DNA of 64,000 nucleotides from an uncultured bacterium (GTDB lineage: Bacteria; CAYUVA01), in NCBI GenBank assembly GCA_964448115.1, contig CAYUVA010000004.1:62001-126000 (forward strand). Reading direction: 5' to 3'. Every line of letters begins with the position of its first letter. Position 1 is the stretch's first letter. Under the pieces are notes generated by a model. That model was not told the DNA's origin. It saw only the letters and a program-made list of their open reading frames with translations, and ran no database searches. Below are positions 39,028 to 48,903 of this stretch, one piece after another. The translations under genes and the position numbers were made by a program.

Positions 39028-41028
39028 TTATCGGATCGCCAACCTCAATCCCTTTTTTGGCTCCAATAATGGACTCTTGAGGATCCGGGACGCGCTATCA
39101 TAATGCCAGCCATTTTTTGCCTCCAGGGATCTCTCAATAAGTGTCTGCCTGTTGAGTTCTCCATCATAAGCCTTGAGGTGCACGGCGATGCGTATCGGTC
39201 TGTTGGTCGGAGAAATCTCGAAAATCAAGGCGTTATCATCGAGGCTATAGGTGAACATGAATCCATGATCGCTCTTGCCATAGATGCGGAAGCTGTTGCA
39301 GCCTGCCTTGGGATAGACATGGAAGGTTATGGGATTGTCGGCTGCGGTTGAGTGGACATCCTCATACATGGGTATGATCGCTCCCTCCTTGATGAAGACC
39401 GGGAAGCGCTCTAGCGGGCAGTTATACTCCACCTGGTTGCCGCCGCGATAGAACTCCTCGGTGAAGAAGTCTATCCAGTTGTCGCTGCTGGGGAATTTTA
39501 TCATTGTTACGCCGCCTGCGGTTATCAGCGGTGCTACCAGGAGGCTCTCACCCAGAAAATATTGCTTGAGTATCCAGTTGTATGGCTGCATGACCGAGTA
39601 GTTCTCGAAGTAAGCCTTTGCGCCCTGGCTGTAGAAATAGGGTATAAGCGAGTGGTGCAGGTTGACGAAGTCGCGGTAAATATCGAGTGTCTCCTGGTCA
39701 TATTTCCAGGGTCTGTGCTCTCCACCACCACCGTTTTCCATTATCGGGCAGAAAGCTCCCATTTGCGTCCAACGTATCATGACCTCCTTATCTCTCAAGC
39801 CACTGCCCCGGAAACCTCCAATGTCGGAACCCATGTTGACATGGTTGTAGTTTGTGGACTTGAACATGTTGCGCATTGCGAGCTGTAATCCGCGCCAGTC
39901 GGGGTCTTGATCCCCCACCCAGCAGGCAAGGGCGATCTCCCTGGGGGTGAAATTGTAGCAAGCTAAGCCCTCGTAGCAATCGACTGGGCGCGAGGTGATA
40001 ACGCGGTCATTGCCCAGCCGCTCCCTGGTATAGTGAAAGAAATCGCCGTAGTACATTGCGCTATATTCGGGCACGGTTATGGAGCCGCCGTATCCTGTGG
40101 GATTGCCCAATAGCGCAATCAAGGGATCGTTCCCATCACACTTCCAGCCATCAATACCCATATCGAGTATCGGGTCCATCAGTCCATGCCACCACTCGAC
40201 CGCATCTGGATTAGTGTAGTCGAGAAAGGCGCCATCTCCGTGCCACCAAGGCGCTGTCTTGCCGTCATTCAGCAGATATCCCCTGCTCTTGGCGTAAGCG
40301 TAGATCTCGCACTCTTGGTTGATCATCGAGGTTATCCAGATAAAGACCCTGATCTCCCTTTGGTGCATCCAGTCGATCAGTTCCTGGGGACCGGGATATC
40401 GCTGTTCATCCCACTCAAAGTTGTTATAGCAGGTCTCCCACGGGGCATCTATGATCACCGCCCCAACCGGAATGTCCCTATCTATGTATCCCTGTACCAG
40501 GGCTTTAGTATCATCAGTAGTGCTAACATTCTCCCAGACCCAGTGGCGATGTACCCACTCCGGCCAGGGGGGCAGCCTGTAGGTGCCGGTTGGGGTAGGT
40601 GTAGGCTGCCCACTTGGGGTAGGAGTAGCGGTCGGCTCCGTCGATTCGGGAATCAATAACAGTGGCCATGATGGAATGCTCCCCGGCGATGCATCTTTGC
40701 ATAACAGCTCAAGTAGATATGCACCGCTTGGAGCAGGTGCTTGTATGGGTACCTGGAGTCCATAGATATAATCGCCAGCTCCGAGGTCTCCACTGGCGCC
40801 ATCATCATTCAGGCAAACACCGGTAGGTAGTCCCTGAAAGTATATCTCAAGGTGCTCACAATCACCGGGTGCATAAGCGATCATCTGAAGCTCTCCACCA
40901 CCGCCGGCTGTCAGATAGGAATCCCAGTACCCGCCTAGCCCAACTTGGTTTCCATTAGCGCTGCCCAATAGCGCCAAGGTGATAATGGCTACTGGAAGTA
41001 AGGACCTCGAATTATCTTTATTAGCCAT
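39028..41028 (-). CDS. Exported GH31 glycoside hydrolase with N-terminal 'WPYL'-like domain and Thr/Pro linker
   Basis: IIDAPW, DYTNPDAVEWW, IDGWKCDG nucleophile region, WVGDQ, GSDIGGF, RWTQMGAFCP, LLVAP. Confidence 0.88.
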   Translation of the reverse strand: MANKDNSRSLLPVAIITLALLGSANGNQVGLGGYWDSYLTAGGGGELQMIAYAPGDCEHLEIYFQGLPTGVCLNDDGASGDLGAGDYIYGLQVPIQAPAPSGAYLLELLCKDASPGSIPSWPLLLIPESTEPTATPTPSGQPTPTPTGTYRLPPWPEWVHRHWVWENVSTTDDTKALVQGYIDRDIPVGAVIIDAPWETCYNNFEWDEQRYPGPQELIDWMHQREIRVFIWITSMINQECEIYAYAKSRGYLLNDGKTAPWWHGDGAFLDYTNPDAVEWWHGLMDPILDMGIDGWKCDGNDPLIALLGNPTGYGGSITVPEYSAMYYGDFFHYTRERLGNDRVITSRPVDCYEGLACYNFTPREIALACWVGDQDPDWRGLQLAMRNMFKSTNYNHVNMGSDIGGFRGSGLRDKEVMIRWTQMGAFCPIMENGGGGEHRPWKYDQETLDIYRDFVNLHHSLIPYFYSQGAKAYFENYSVMQPYNWILKQYFLGESLLVAPLITAGGVTMIKFPSSDNWIDFFTEEFYRGGNQVEYNCPLERFPVFIKEGAIIPMYEDVHSTAADNPITFHVYPKAGCNSFRIYGKSDHGFMFTYSLDDNALIFEISPTNRPIRIAVHLKAYDGELNRQTLIERSLEAKNGWHYDSASRILKSPLLEPKKGLRLAIR

Positions 41029-41072
41029 CTTTATAGGTCTCCTTGTATTATCAGGATTAACTATCGCTCTTG

Positions 41073-41372
41073 TTATAGCTGGCAGTGAAGATATTGCCAG
41101 ATGCTCGAATTGTCGAATGAGTCGTAAGCAAGGTAATCCTCCAGGCTACTTCCCGGCTGTAGATCCCAGGTGAAACGGTTGGAATCGAAGCCATGACAGA
41201 GTATCACCGGCTCTCGAATAGAATTGATTTCGGGTGGTTTTTGTCTGGTTAGAGTCTGCCGGACACCATCTGCGGTATAACAATCGTAGATCTCTTCGAT
41301 AGCGATTGCGTTTTTTGCGATAAAAAACATCGCTAAGGTTACCAGTGAAACCATAAAATGCCTATATTGCAT
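41073..41372 (-). pseudogene. Truncated exported alpha/beta hydrolase (N-terminal fragment)
   Basis: Signal peptide plus PVILCHGFDSNRFTWDL...SLEDYLA..FD, then stops; no GxSxG. Confidence 0.6.
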
Positions 41373-41445
41373 GATAAATATATGATATACTAAAGCTCGC
41401 CTCTATGACAACAATATCATCATCTTCATTTTATTTTTTTGGGGC

Positions 41446-41474
41446 TTGACATTTGGAAAAGCCTTTCATAATAT
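41446..41474 (+). promoter_or_regulatory. Sigma70 promoter upstream of the pilin region
   Basis: TTGACA-N17-TAATAT. Confidence 0.55.
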
Positions 41475-41715
41475 TGTTTATGCTGATGAAGGGGTGAAAT
41501 TAAAGGTTTTATTCGATGGCTCTTTGGCAAGACGAAGGTTAGGCAATAACATCCTCATCTGTCTCATATAGATTGCAGTTTATGCCAATAATTGTCAATC
41601 AAGATCTACCGGAGTAAGATCCTAGTAGTGAATGGGTCTTGCTTTTGGATTTACAACAGGCAGGTAAATGTATGCTAAATAAATCTAGTTCAGGGATCAT
41701 CGTGTATTGGATACT

Positions 41716-41732
41716 CTGGCATAGATATTGCA
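41716..41732 (+). promoter_or_regulatory. Sigma54 (-24/-12) promoter of the pilin gene
   Basis: CTGGCATAGATATTGCA = GG-N10-GC, about 70 nt before the start. Confidence 0.8.
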
Positions 41733-41803
41733 CTATTAGATTAGCGTAGAGATGAATATTGAAATAATGAAGAGATTAAAATCATGAAAGGAGGTGAAAC
41801 TAA

Positions 41804-42286
41804 GTGAATCTACCTAGAAAAGGTGATAGCGGTTTCACACTAATCGAGCTTTTGATCGTCGTGGCAATTATCGGAATCATTGCCGCTATAGCCATCCCGA
41901 GTTTGCTGAGGTCAAGGATGTCAGCGAACGAGGCTGCAGCAGCCGGTGGTTGTAAGACAATAGCTTCCGGGCAGACTGACTATAACAACAACTGCAACCC
42001 ACACACCTACACAAACTCACTACAGAACCTGTACACAGGGGCGCCCTGCTCACCGGTCGGTTATATCGATCCGAAGCTAGGTGGCGGTCTAAAAGCCGGC
42101 TATACCTTCACCCTCGTTAGCGGTAACACCATCCAGGGTTCCTCCTGGGCATGGTCGGCAGCGGCTTGGCCTGTATCCTTCAAGTCAACCGGTGTTCGTT
42201 CCTTCTACATTGATGAGACTGGTGTTATCCGTGGTTCTAACATCGGAGGTGTTGTTGGTACTATAGAGATGCCGGCGATCGACTAA
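41804..42286 (+). CDS. Type IV pilin (probable major pilin)
   Basis: Class III signal G|FTLIELLIVVAIIGIIAAIAIP; AGGAGGTGA RBS; own promoter and terminator. Confidence 0.92.
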   Translation: MNLPRKGDSGFTLIELLIVVAIIGIIAAIAIPSLLRSRMSANEAAAAGGCKTIASGQTDYNNNCNPHTYTNSLQNLYTGAPCSPVGYIDPKLGGGLKAGYTFTLVSGNTIQGSSWAWSAAAWPVSFKSTGVRSFYIDETGVIRGSNIGGVVGTIEMPAID

Positions 42287-42299
42287 TCAACGATCAAAC

Positions 42300-42346
42300 A
42301 CGGCAGAGTCTGGCAAGTTAGGCTGACTCTGCCGTTTACTTTTTTC
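42300..42346 (+). terminator. Intrinsic terminator after the pilin gene
   Basis: ACGGCAGAGTC...GACTCTGCCGT stem followed by TTACTTTTTT. Confidence 0.8.
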
Positions 42347-42421
42347 CCCTTCCACTAAAAGGTTCCCCTTCCAACTTAAGGGTTGTAGAACAATGCGCCT
42401 AATGGCATACTTGAATTTAAG

Positions 42422-44629
42422 GTGCGTTTGAAGGGAATCCTGGTCAGTGTATCTTTCCTTCTCCTTTACCTTGCACTTGTATCTATCTACTATGCCCCTG
42501 CGTTCACTCCCCATGAGAACCTGTTCGGAAGCGATACCATAACCTTTGTGTACCCATTAAGGGCTTTCTCCTTCGGATGGCTCGCCAAGGGCATCATCCC
42601 GCTTTGGAATCCTCATATATACAGCGGAACCCCCAATCTAGCATCACTACAATCAGCAATCTTTTACCCCGTAAACTGGTTGTGGCTGATATTGGGGAAA
42701 GAGGCTCTGGATCTATATATCCTTGTCTCACTGGTTTTGTGTAGTTGGTTCATGTTTCTATTCTGCCAGCAGCTTAGGCTCGGTCTCCTACCCTCATTTT
42801 TCTCTGGGTGCGTTTTCATATTTTGCGGTAACTCCACCCTGCATATCTTTGCTGGGCACCATACACCATTGGGAGTCATGACTTTAATGCCCCTGGCTTT
42901 GTGGGCGGTATCAAAAGCAATTATGGGTCGAAGCATCTGTTACTCTTTGGCTAGCGGAGCTATTATCACAATTGCGCTCTTTGCTGGACACCCTCAGTAC
43001 TTCTATTATCTTGTTTTGCTTCTTATCGTTTATGCTGTATGGGGCACTGGCAGAAATGGCAAAGGTTTCATTGATCATTTAAGCGGCACCATTGTAGCTC
43101 TCTCCATAGCCTTTAGCTTATTTTTGATCCTCGGCTCCGCGCAGCTTATCCCTACTGTAAACATGTTGTCCAAGGTGGCTCGCTTCCATCATGAAGATAT
43201 GACATATTTCGTCACCAATTCTTTGGATGCCAGGATGCTGGTATCCTTGCTTACGCCATACATATTTGGTGGGATAGGCGAGGTGCCTTGGTTGCTGGAG
43301 GAATCGTTCTGGGAGGTTGCGCTATTTTGCGGGTGGGTACCGCTGCTTCTTGTCATCCTTACGATACCTTGGCTCAGGATTACCAAGAACATCAGGTTCT
43401 TCTGGGTTGCCTCTCTTATCTCATTATTATTAGCAATGGGAAGTCATACTGCGATATATTCTTTTTTTTGCACCATCCTGCCCGGACTCGCTTTGTTCAG
43501 GGCTCCGGCGAGAATTCTTGTGATCACATTCTTCTCGTTTAGCGTTCTGGCTGGCTGGGGATTAGCACGCTTCATCGAATCCGATAACAAGGGCAGGATG
43601 CGATTTATAGCCTTTGGCTGGATAGCTCTCAGCCTTTTGAGCCTCGCTATCATTCTTATTGCCCCTCATACTATTCTCAAGGGAAAAGAGGGATTAGCCC
43701 AGGTCATTCAACCCCTGAATTCAGTATCCATCAATGCTTTAGCGATAGAGGTTATGATCGGTTTTTTTCTTTTTATTTCGATCTGGATATTCCATCACTT
43801 CAAACTGGTGTCCAGGGCTTTGCCGGGTATATTGATTATTCTTGCCCTGGTGGCAGAGCTTTATGTTTTTGATAGGAACTTCATCCGTTCGGTTGAGCTT
43901 GATGATTACTTTTGGGCTGATGAGTACATCGATTTCTGCGCAAACGATCCTGTACCCCACAGGATAATCACCTCCTTCGGGGGGGTTCAATTTCTCAACT
44001 ACGGCATGGTGGCAGGCTATGAGAATGTTAATGGCGGAAACGACCCCATGATCTTGGCGCACTACCAGCAATTCATCAACCGCATCGAGGGATCGCTAGG
44101 CATCTTCAGGGACTCGGTGATCGTAACGGTCCCGTCCCCTCAATACGGCGAGCTGGCTGCCAGGTACCTGATAATCGACCAGGTGATAGAGCAGCCAGGC
44201 TTTCGCCCGGTTTACATGGGGACAAGGGCTTTGATCTACCAGATTATGAGCTATCATCCAATGTCTCGGTTTATAGATAGCACGGGAAACATGGCAGCAG
44301 GAGCCGGTTTCAAGCGATTAAATCCCAATCGGTTTCTGGTAAAAACAAACCATGGTAACGGCATTCTCAGGGTATCTTTGGTTAACTATCCTGGTTGGAC
44401 GGTGAGTCTTGGAGATGAGAAGATGGTTTTGCCCTTTGATGGAAAGATCTACTACGATATCGATCATCCTGGTGGCGAACGCAATTATCTTTTCAGCTTT
44501 GAGCCGTTCGATTTCAGGCTCGGTAGCTTCATCAGCCTGCTTGGGCTTTGTATCGTGACAGCTTTTTACGCCAATCGTTTGATAGGACCATCAGGTTTAC
44601 AGACAAGAAAGACATGGGACACTTTTTAG
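42422..44629 (+). CDS. YfhO-like GT-C membrane glycosyltransferase
   Basis: PLWNPHIYSGTP, FYPVNWL, AGHPQY, QLIP, FRAPAR, NYPGW, FSFEP..F.LG..ISL. Confidence 0.82.
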   Translation: MRLKGILVSVSFLLLYLALVSIYYAPAFTPHENLFGSDTITFVYPLRAFSFGWLAKGIIPLWNPHIYSGTPNLASLQSAIFYPVNWLWLILGKEALDLYILVSLVLCSWFMFLFCQQLRLGLLPSFFSGCVFIFCGNSTLHIFAGHHTPLGVMTLMPLALWAVSKAIMGRSICYSLASGAIITIALFAGHPQYFYYLVLLLIVYAVWGTGRNGKGFIDHLSGTIVALSIAFSLFLILGSAQLIPTVNMLSKVARFHHEDMTYFVTNSLDARMLVSLLTPYIFGGIGEVPWLLEESFWEVALFCGWVPLLLVILTIPWLRITKNIRFFWVASLISLLLAMGSHTAIYSFFCTILPGLALFRAPARILVITFFSFSVLAGWGLARFIESDNKGRMRFIAFGWIALSLLSLAIILIAPHTILKGKEGLAQVIQPLNSVSINALAIEVMIGFFLFISIWIFHHFKLVSRALPGILIILALVAELYVFDRNFIRSVELDDYFWADEYIDFCANDPVPHRIITSFGGVQFLNYGMVAGYENVNGGNDPMILAHYQQFINRIEGSLGIFRDSVIVTVPSPQYGELAARYLIIDQVIEQPGFRPVYMGTRALIYQIMSYHPMSRFIDSTGNMAAGAGFKRLNPNRFLVKTNHGNGILRVSLVNYPGWTVSLGDEKMVLPFDGKIYYDIDHPGGERNYLFSFEPFDFRLGSFISLLGLCIVTAFYANRLIGPSGLQTRKTWDTF

Positions 44630-45369
44630 GACATGAGATATGGCAGGTGATTCAAGATCCGGACCTGGGTGCAAGCGAGAACATGGAACGGGATAATAGG
44701 CTGCTTGTAGCCATGGAGGAAGGCAGGCTGCTTCCAACTGTTCGGTTTTATACCTGGTCGATGCCGACCGTTTCGCTAGGGAGATCTTTCAAGGCGGAGA
44801 AGGTGCTCGATTTTGAGCGTCTATCTCGATGGAATATCGGTTATGTAAGTCGTATCACTGGCGGAGGCTGCGTGCTGCATTATCGAGATCTCACATATTC
44901 CATGGTGGTGCCCATATCCGATAACAGCCGAAGGAATACAACTACCATATTTCGCCAGGTTCATGGTTTGATCGCTGATGCCTTGAAAGCCTGCGGATTC
45001 AAGGTGGATGATATAGAGCTTCATGATGGCAAAGGCTTGCTGTTCGACTGCTTCGAGATGAGCCAGCACGGAGAGCTTATTCACCGAGGCAATAAGATAC
45101 TTGGCAGTGCTCAGAAGGTGCTTCGAGGATCGCTGCTGCAACACGGCTCCCTGCAACTTACCCCTATCCATTGGGCTTTAGAATACCTGAAAAAAAGCGA
45201 TAAGCGACCAGATAGGTATATGCTATCCCGGCTCGATAGATTGTTCAGCTCCCGATTCGAGTCCAAATCATCCTCGATTTATGACACGATAAGAGCTAGT
45301 ATTATAGGCGAGCTGAGGCGCCGAGTAATCGAGCTTAGGTTGGTAAAATGGGAAGATATAATGCCATGA
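44614..45369 (+). CDS. Lipoate-protein ligase/octanoyltransferase (LipM/LplA family)
   Basis: NMERD, RFYTW..PTVSLG, RITGGG.VLH, KILGSAQ, LLQHGS; start uncertain. Confidence 0.85.
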   Translation: MGHFLGHEIWQVIQDPDLGASENMERDNRLLVAMEEGRLLPTVRFYTWSMPTVSLGRSFKAEKVLDFERLSRWNIGYVSRITGGGCVLHYRDLTYSMVVPISDNSRRNTTTIFRQVHGLIADALKACGFKVDDIELHDGKGLLFDCFEMSQHGELIHRGNKILGSAQKVLRGSLLQHGSLQLTPIHWALEYLKKSDKRPDRYMLSRLDRLFSSRFESKSSSIYDTIRASIIGELRRRVIELRLVKWEDIMP

Positions 45370-45414
45370 TAAACCCAAGGGACTTTACAATTTCAAGCTA
45401 AGGACGATATAGGA

Positions 45415-46533
45415 TTGATAAGGTTCATAAGCGCTGGTGAATCGCATGGCGAAGCTATAATCGGCATCTGCGAGGGCTTCCCTGCTGGTGTGAGATTGGA
45501 TGTGAACCTGATCGACCGGGAGCTAGGTAGGCGCAAGGCATGTTATGGCAGAAGCAGTCGCTGCTCAAGTGAGCCTGATAGGGCAAGCATAATTGGCGGA
45601 GTCAAGGACGGTATCTCGACCGGGGCGCCACTTGCCATAATTATAAAAAACCATCCCGGCGATCCCTCAGACTATAAACCGAAGGGAAGTTTTGTGCCCC
45701 GCCCCGGACATGCAGACCTCACCGGTTATCTGAAATACGGGCATAGCGATGTAACCGTTGCAGCCGAGCGCTCCGGTGGTAGGGAGACCGCTGCACGCGT
45801 GGCAGTAGGCGCTGCACTGAAGCAGCTATTAAATCATCTTGATATAACGATATTCAGCCACACAACACGGATCGGGAGCATAAAGTCTGGTAATATGCCG
45901 GGCACCATCGATGCGATTATCTCAGCAAGGGATAGCTCGAGTGTTTATTGCCCGGATGCGGGAGCCTCGGCGCTGATGATGGACGCGATAGATAAGGCTG
46001 CGGCTGCTGGGGACACGCTTGGCGGTGCATTCATCGTACAGATACATGGCGTGCCTCCTGGATTGGGCACCTATAATCGGTGGGATGGGCGACTGGATGC
46101 GCGACTAATGCATGCGCTGGGAAGCATCCCCGGCATCAAAGCGGTCGAGGTCGGGGAGATAATCGATCTTCTGCATTTGAGCGGAAGACAGTACCATGAT
46201 CGCATTTTTAAAAAAGGTAAAGCAAGGTTACCAGCTCGTTCCAGCAATCGCGCAGGAGGGATCGAGGGCGGGATAAGCAACGGGATGCCTATTACCTTGC
46301 GCGCTTTTGTAAAACCGGTACCTACTTTATCGCCTGGATTGGAGTCGGTCGATGTTCGAAGCGACCAGCCTGCCGTGGCGCCGACTATCCGCTCTGATAC
46401 CTGTGTTGTGCCTGCTGCATCGGTTGTCGGGGAGGCTATGGCTGCGATGATCATCTCGGATGCGTTAGCCGAGAAATTCGGTGGAGACAACCTCGAAGAA
46501 ATAAAGCGCAACCTTGCCTCATACTTGGATTAA
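45415..46533 (+). CDS. aroC: Chorismate synthase
   Basis: AGESHG, PRPGHAD, RETAARVA, NRAGGIEGGISNG, RSD. Confidence 0.96.
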   Translation: MIRFISAGESHGEAIIGICEGFPAGVRLDVNLIDRELGRRKACYGRSSRCSSEPDRASIIGGVKDGISTGAPLAIIIKNHPGDPSDYKPKGSFVPRPGHADLTGYLKYGHSDVTVAAERSGGRETAARVAVGAALKQLLNHLDITIFSHTTRIGSIKSGNMPGTIDAIISARDSSSVYCPDAGASALMMDAIDKAAAAGDTLGGAFIVQIHGVPPGLGTYNRWDGRLDARLMHALGSIPGIKAVEVGEIIDLLHLSGRQYHDRIFKKGKARLPARSSNRAGGIEGGISNGMPITLRAFVKPVPTLSPGLESVDVRSDQPAVAPTIRSDTCVVPAASVVGEAMAAMIISDALAEKFGGDNLEEIKRNLASYLD

Positions 46534-46692
46534 ACAAGCCTGCTCCAAGCCTTTATTTAACGATAGCGAAAGCAATGACAAGGTTTTTCCCTAGCACTTA
46601 TCTTCCTTGTGTCTTTGTGTCCTTGCGTGAGTTTTTATTTGCAAACCTAGCTTTTTTACAATAATATAATAAGCAAAGACAAGGAGGCGAAG

Positions 46693-47121
46693 ATGAGACC
46701 GACTAAGGTCATGTTCAGCTTGACGGTAGTGATTGCCCTTATTGCCTTAAGCAGCCTGGGTACTTCCCGGGCGGCTATGGTTCCCTCACTTTGCCCGCAG
46801 GCGAAAGAGCTTGAGTCAAAGGAACTTGCCTTGGAAGAGACACAGGCTCTTCTCAATCGCGTCCAGGTTGGCTATCACCTTGCCCAGCTTGGATTGGAAC
46901 CTCAAGAGATCGCCGCGCGGCTCGACTCGCTCGATGCCAAGAGCCTGGCATACTTCGTGCACAATCCAGATAACCTGGTGTATGCTGGAAGGCGACCTAG
47001 CAGGGGAAGGGCATACTATGACGATGATCCCTACTGTTTTTATCCCAATCCTGTTCTCTATATCACCGGTGTTGTGCTTATCGGGACCGGCTACTGGCTC
47101 ATTCAAGCGAGCTATTATTGA
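46693..47121 (+). CDS. Exported small protein, PA2779-like
   Basis: AAGGAGG RBS, signal peptide, V...L..LGL...EI..RL..L, C-terminal TM. Confidence 0.6.
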   Translation: MRPTKVMFSLTVVIALIALSSLGTSRAAMVPSLCPQAKELESKELALEETQALLNRVQVGYHLAQLGLEPQEIAARLDSLDAKSLAYFVHNPDNLVYAGRRPSRGRAYYDDDPYCFYPNPVLYITGVVLIGTGYWLIQASYY

Positions 47122-47289
47122 AGGGTCTCCCTATAGGGTGCTCACATCGCTGCATGGATTGGCTTTCCGATAGTATCCCCATTGAAGGCTCAAGTATCTG
47201 ATGGCAATATCGGCAACAATTATTTAAGTGCATGCTCAAGTTGAGCAACCTGGATGTAAAAATTTCCTTTATGGCATTCGAGCTAAGCC

Positions 47290-48588
47290 ATGGAAGTCAT
47301 AATAACCCATGCCAATGCGGACTTTGACGCCTTTGGCGCTCAGATCGCTGCCTCAAAGATATATAAAGGTGCGATAATCCTGCGCAGCCAGAGTTTAGCA
47401 GCCGGTGTCGATGAATTCTACAATCTATACAAGCATTTCTTCAAGACCGCCAAACTGAGCGATATAGATATCAGCAAGGTTACGCGCGCCATCATCGTTG
47501 ACACCCATACCGCGGATCGACTGCGCCAATTCAGGGATATCCTGGCAATACCCGATATCGATATTCATATATACGACCACCATCCCTTGGAGCAGGATCG
47601 TATCCATGGGAGCTATGAGGTTATGCGAGATTATGGCTCCACTTGCACCATATTCGCTTTGCACTTCAAAAGACACAAGATCGCCCTGACCCCGGAGGAG
47701 GCAACCTTAATGACTCTGGGGATTTATATGGATACCGGCTCGCTCTCGTACCTTACTACGAAGCCGGAGGATGCGGAGGCGGTCGCATACCTCCTGGAGC
47801 AGGGCGCGAACCTGAAGACGGTCGGGTTCTTCATGCTTCCCGCATTCAATGATGATCAACGGGGGATATACTATTCGCTGCTTCCTGAGCTTAATCCGAT
47901 AAATATCAAGGGTTTTCGAGTCGTTCTTTTGACTAAATTCCTGGATCAATATATCAAGGGGCTTGCATTTGTCATACGCAAGCTGAGCGAGGTGGAGCGG
48001 ATAGATGCTATCTTCGGCTTGTTTCATACAATAGACAACAACCGCACTTATATCATAGGCAGGAGTCGCAGCGCTGCCATCGATATCAACGCTATATTAG
48101 CTCCCTTTGGCGGTGGCGGGCATGAGGGCGCCGGCTCTGCGGTGGTGAAATACAGGGACCTGCAACGACTTAAATATAGGCTTGTGGAGCATATCTCCGA
48201 ATCGCTCAGCATCCCCAACACGGTTAGAGAGATCATGTCCCAGCCGGTTCATACGGCGAGCCTCGATGAGAGTTGCCTGGAAGCATACCGCAAGATGCGG
48301 GACCATAATGTGTCCGGACTGATCGTTTGTGAATATCAAACTCCTATCGGGCTGATCTCCATAGATGACATTGACAAGGCACAGCGCAACAACCTGATGC
48401 ATGCCCCTGTGAAGAGCTTCATGCGCAAGGATCTTATAAAAATCGATGCCGATACATCGCTAACTAAGGCGCAGGAAGTTTTGATCGAGAACAATGTGGG
48501 CAGGCTGGCTATAGTCAATGGAGATGTACTATGCGGAATCGTTACCCGCACCGACATTAGACGCTATATCGCTTCAGAAATAGTTTAG
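47290..48588 (+). CDS. DHH/DHHA1 phosphoesterase with C-terminal CBS pair
   Basis: THANADFD, VDT, YDHH, GIYMDTG, GGGGH, two CBS repeats ending GIVTRTD. Confidence 0.88.
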   Translation: MEVIITHANADFDAFGAQIAASKIYKGAIILRSQSLAAGVDEFYNLYKHFFKTAKLSDIDISKVTRAIIVDTHTADRLRQFRDILAIPDIDIHIYDHHPLEQDRIHGSYEVMRDYGSTCTIFALHFKRHKIALTPEEATLMTLGIYMDTGSLSYLTTKPEDAEAVAYLLEQGANLKTVGFFMLPAFNDDQRGIYYSLLPELNPINIKGFRVVLLTKFLDQYIKGLAFVIRKLSEVERIDAIFGLFHTIDNNRTYIIGRSRSAAIDINAILAPFGGGGHEGAGSAVVKYRDLQRLKYRLVEHISESLSIPNTVREIMSQPVHTASLDESCLEAYRKMRDHNVSGLIVCEYQTPIGLISIDDIDKAQRNNLMHAPVKSFMRKDLIKIDADTSLTKAQEVLIENNVGRLAIVNGDVLCGIVTRTDIRRYIASEIV

Positions 48589-48903
48589 CCAAATACTTGC
48601 CATCCTAGCACAATCGTTACCTTTTAACTTGTTGATAATATTGGAATATTTTTATAAAGCCTGCTTCTTGACAATCGATGATACAACGGCTAAGCCTATA
48701 TATGTAAGGAGGTGATAAAGAATCTGACCGCTATGAGAAAATGACCGTCCCAGGCATGATGAGGAAGCGGAGAAACAAGCCGAAAATACACTTGGATATC
48801 AAAAAACTGCAATAAAAAATCCTGCATTCCAACCCTCATCTGTAAAGAATCCACCGATAGGAGTCTATTCGGTGCCAAGTAAAATATAACTGTAGGGAAA
48901 GTA

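Noticed and set aside
46605-46631. (CYTTGYGT)x3 short repeat
   Set aside because: Too short and degenerate to interpret from one instance.
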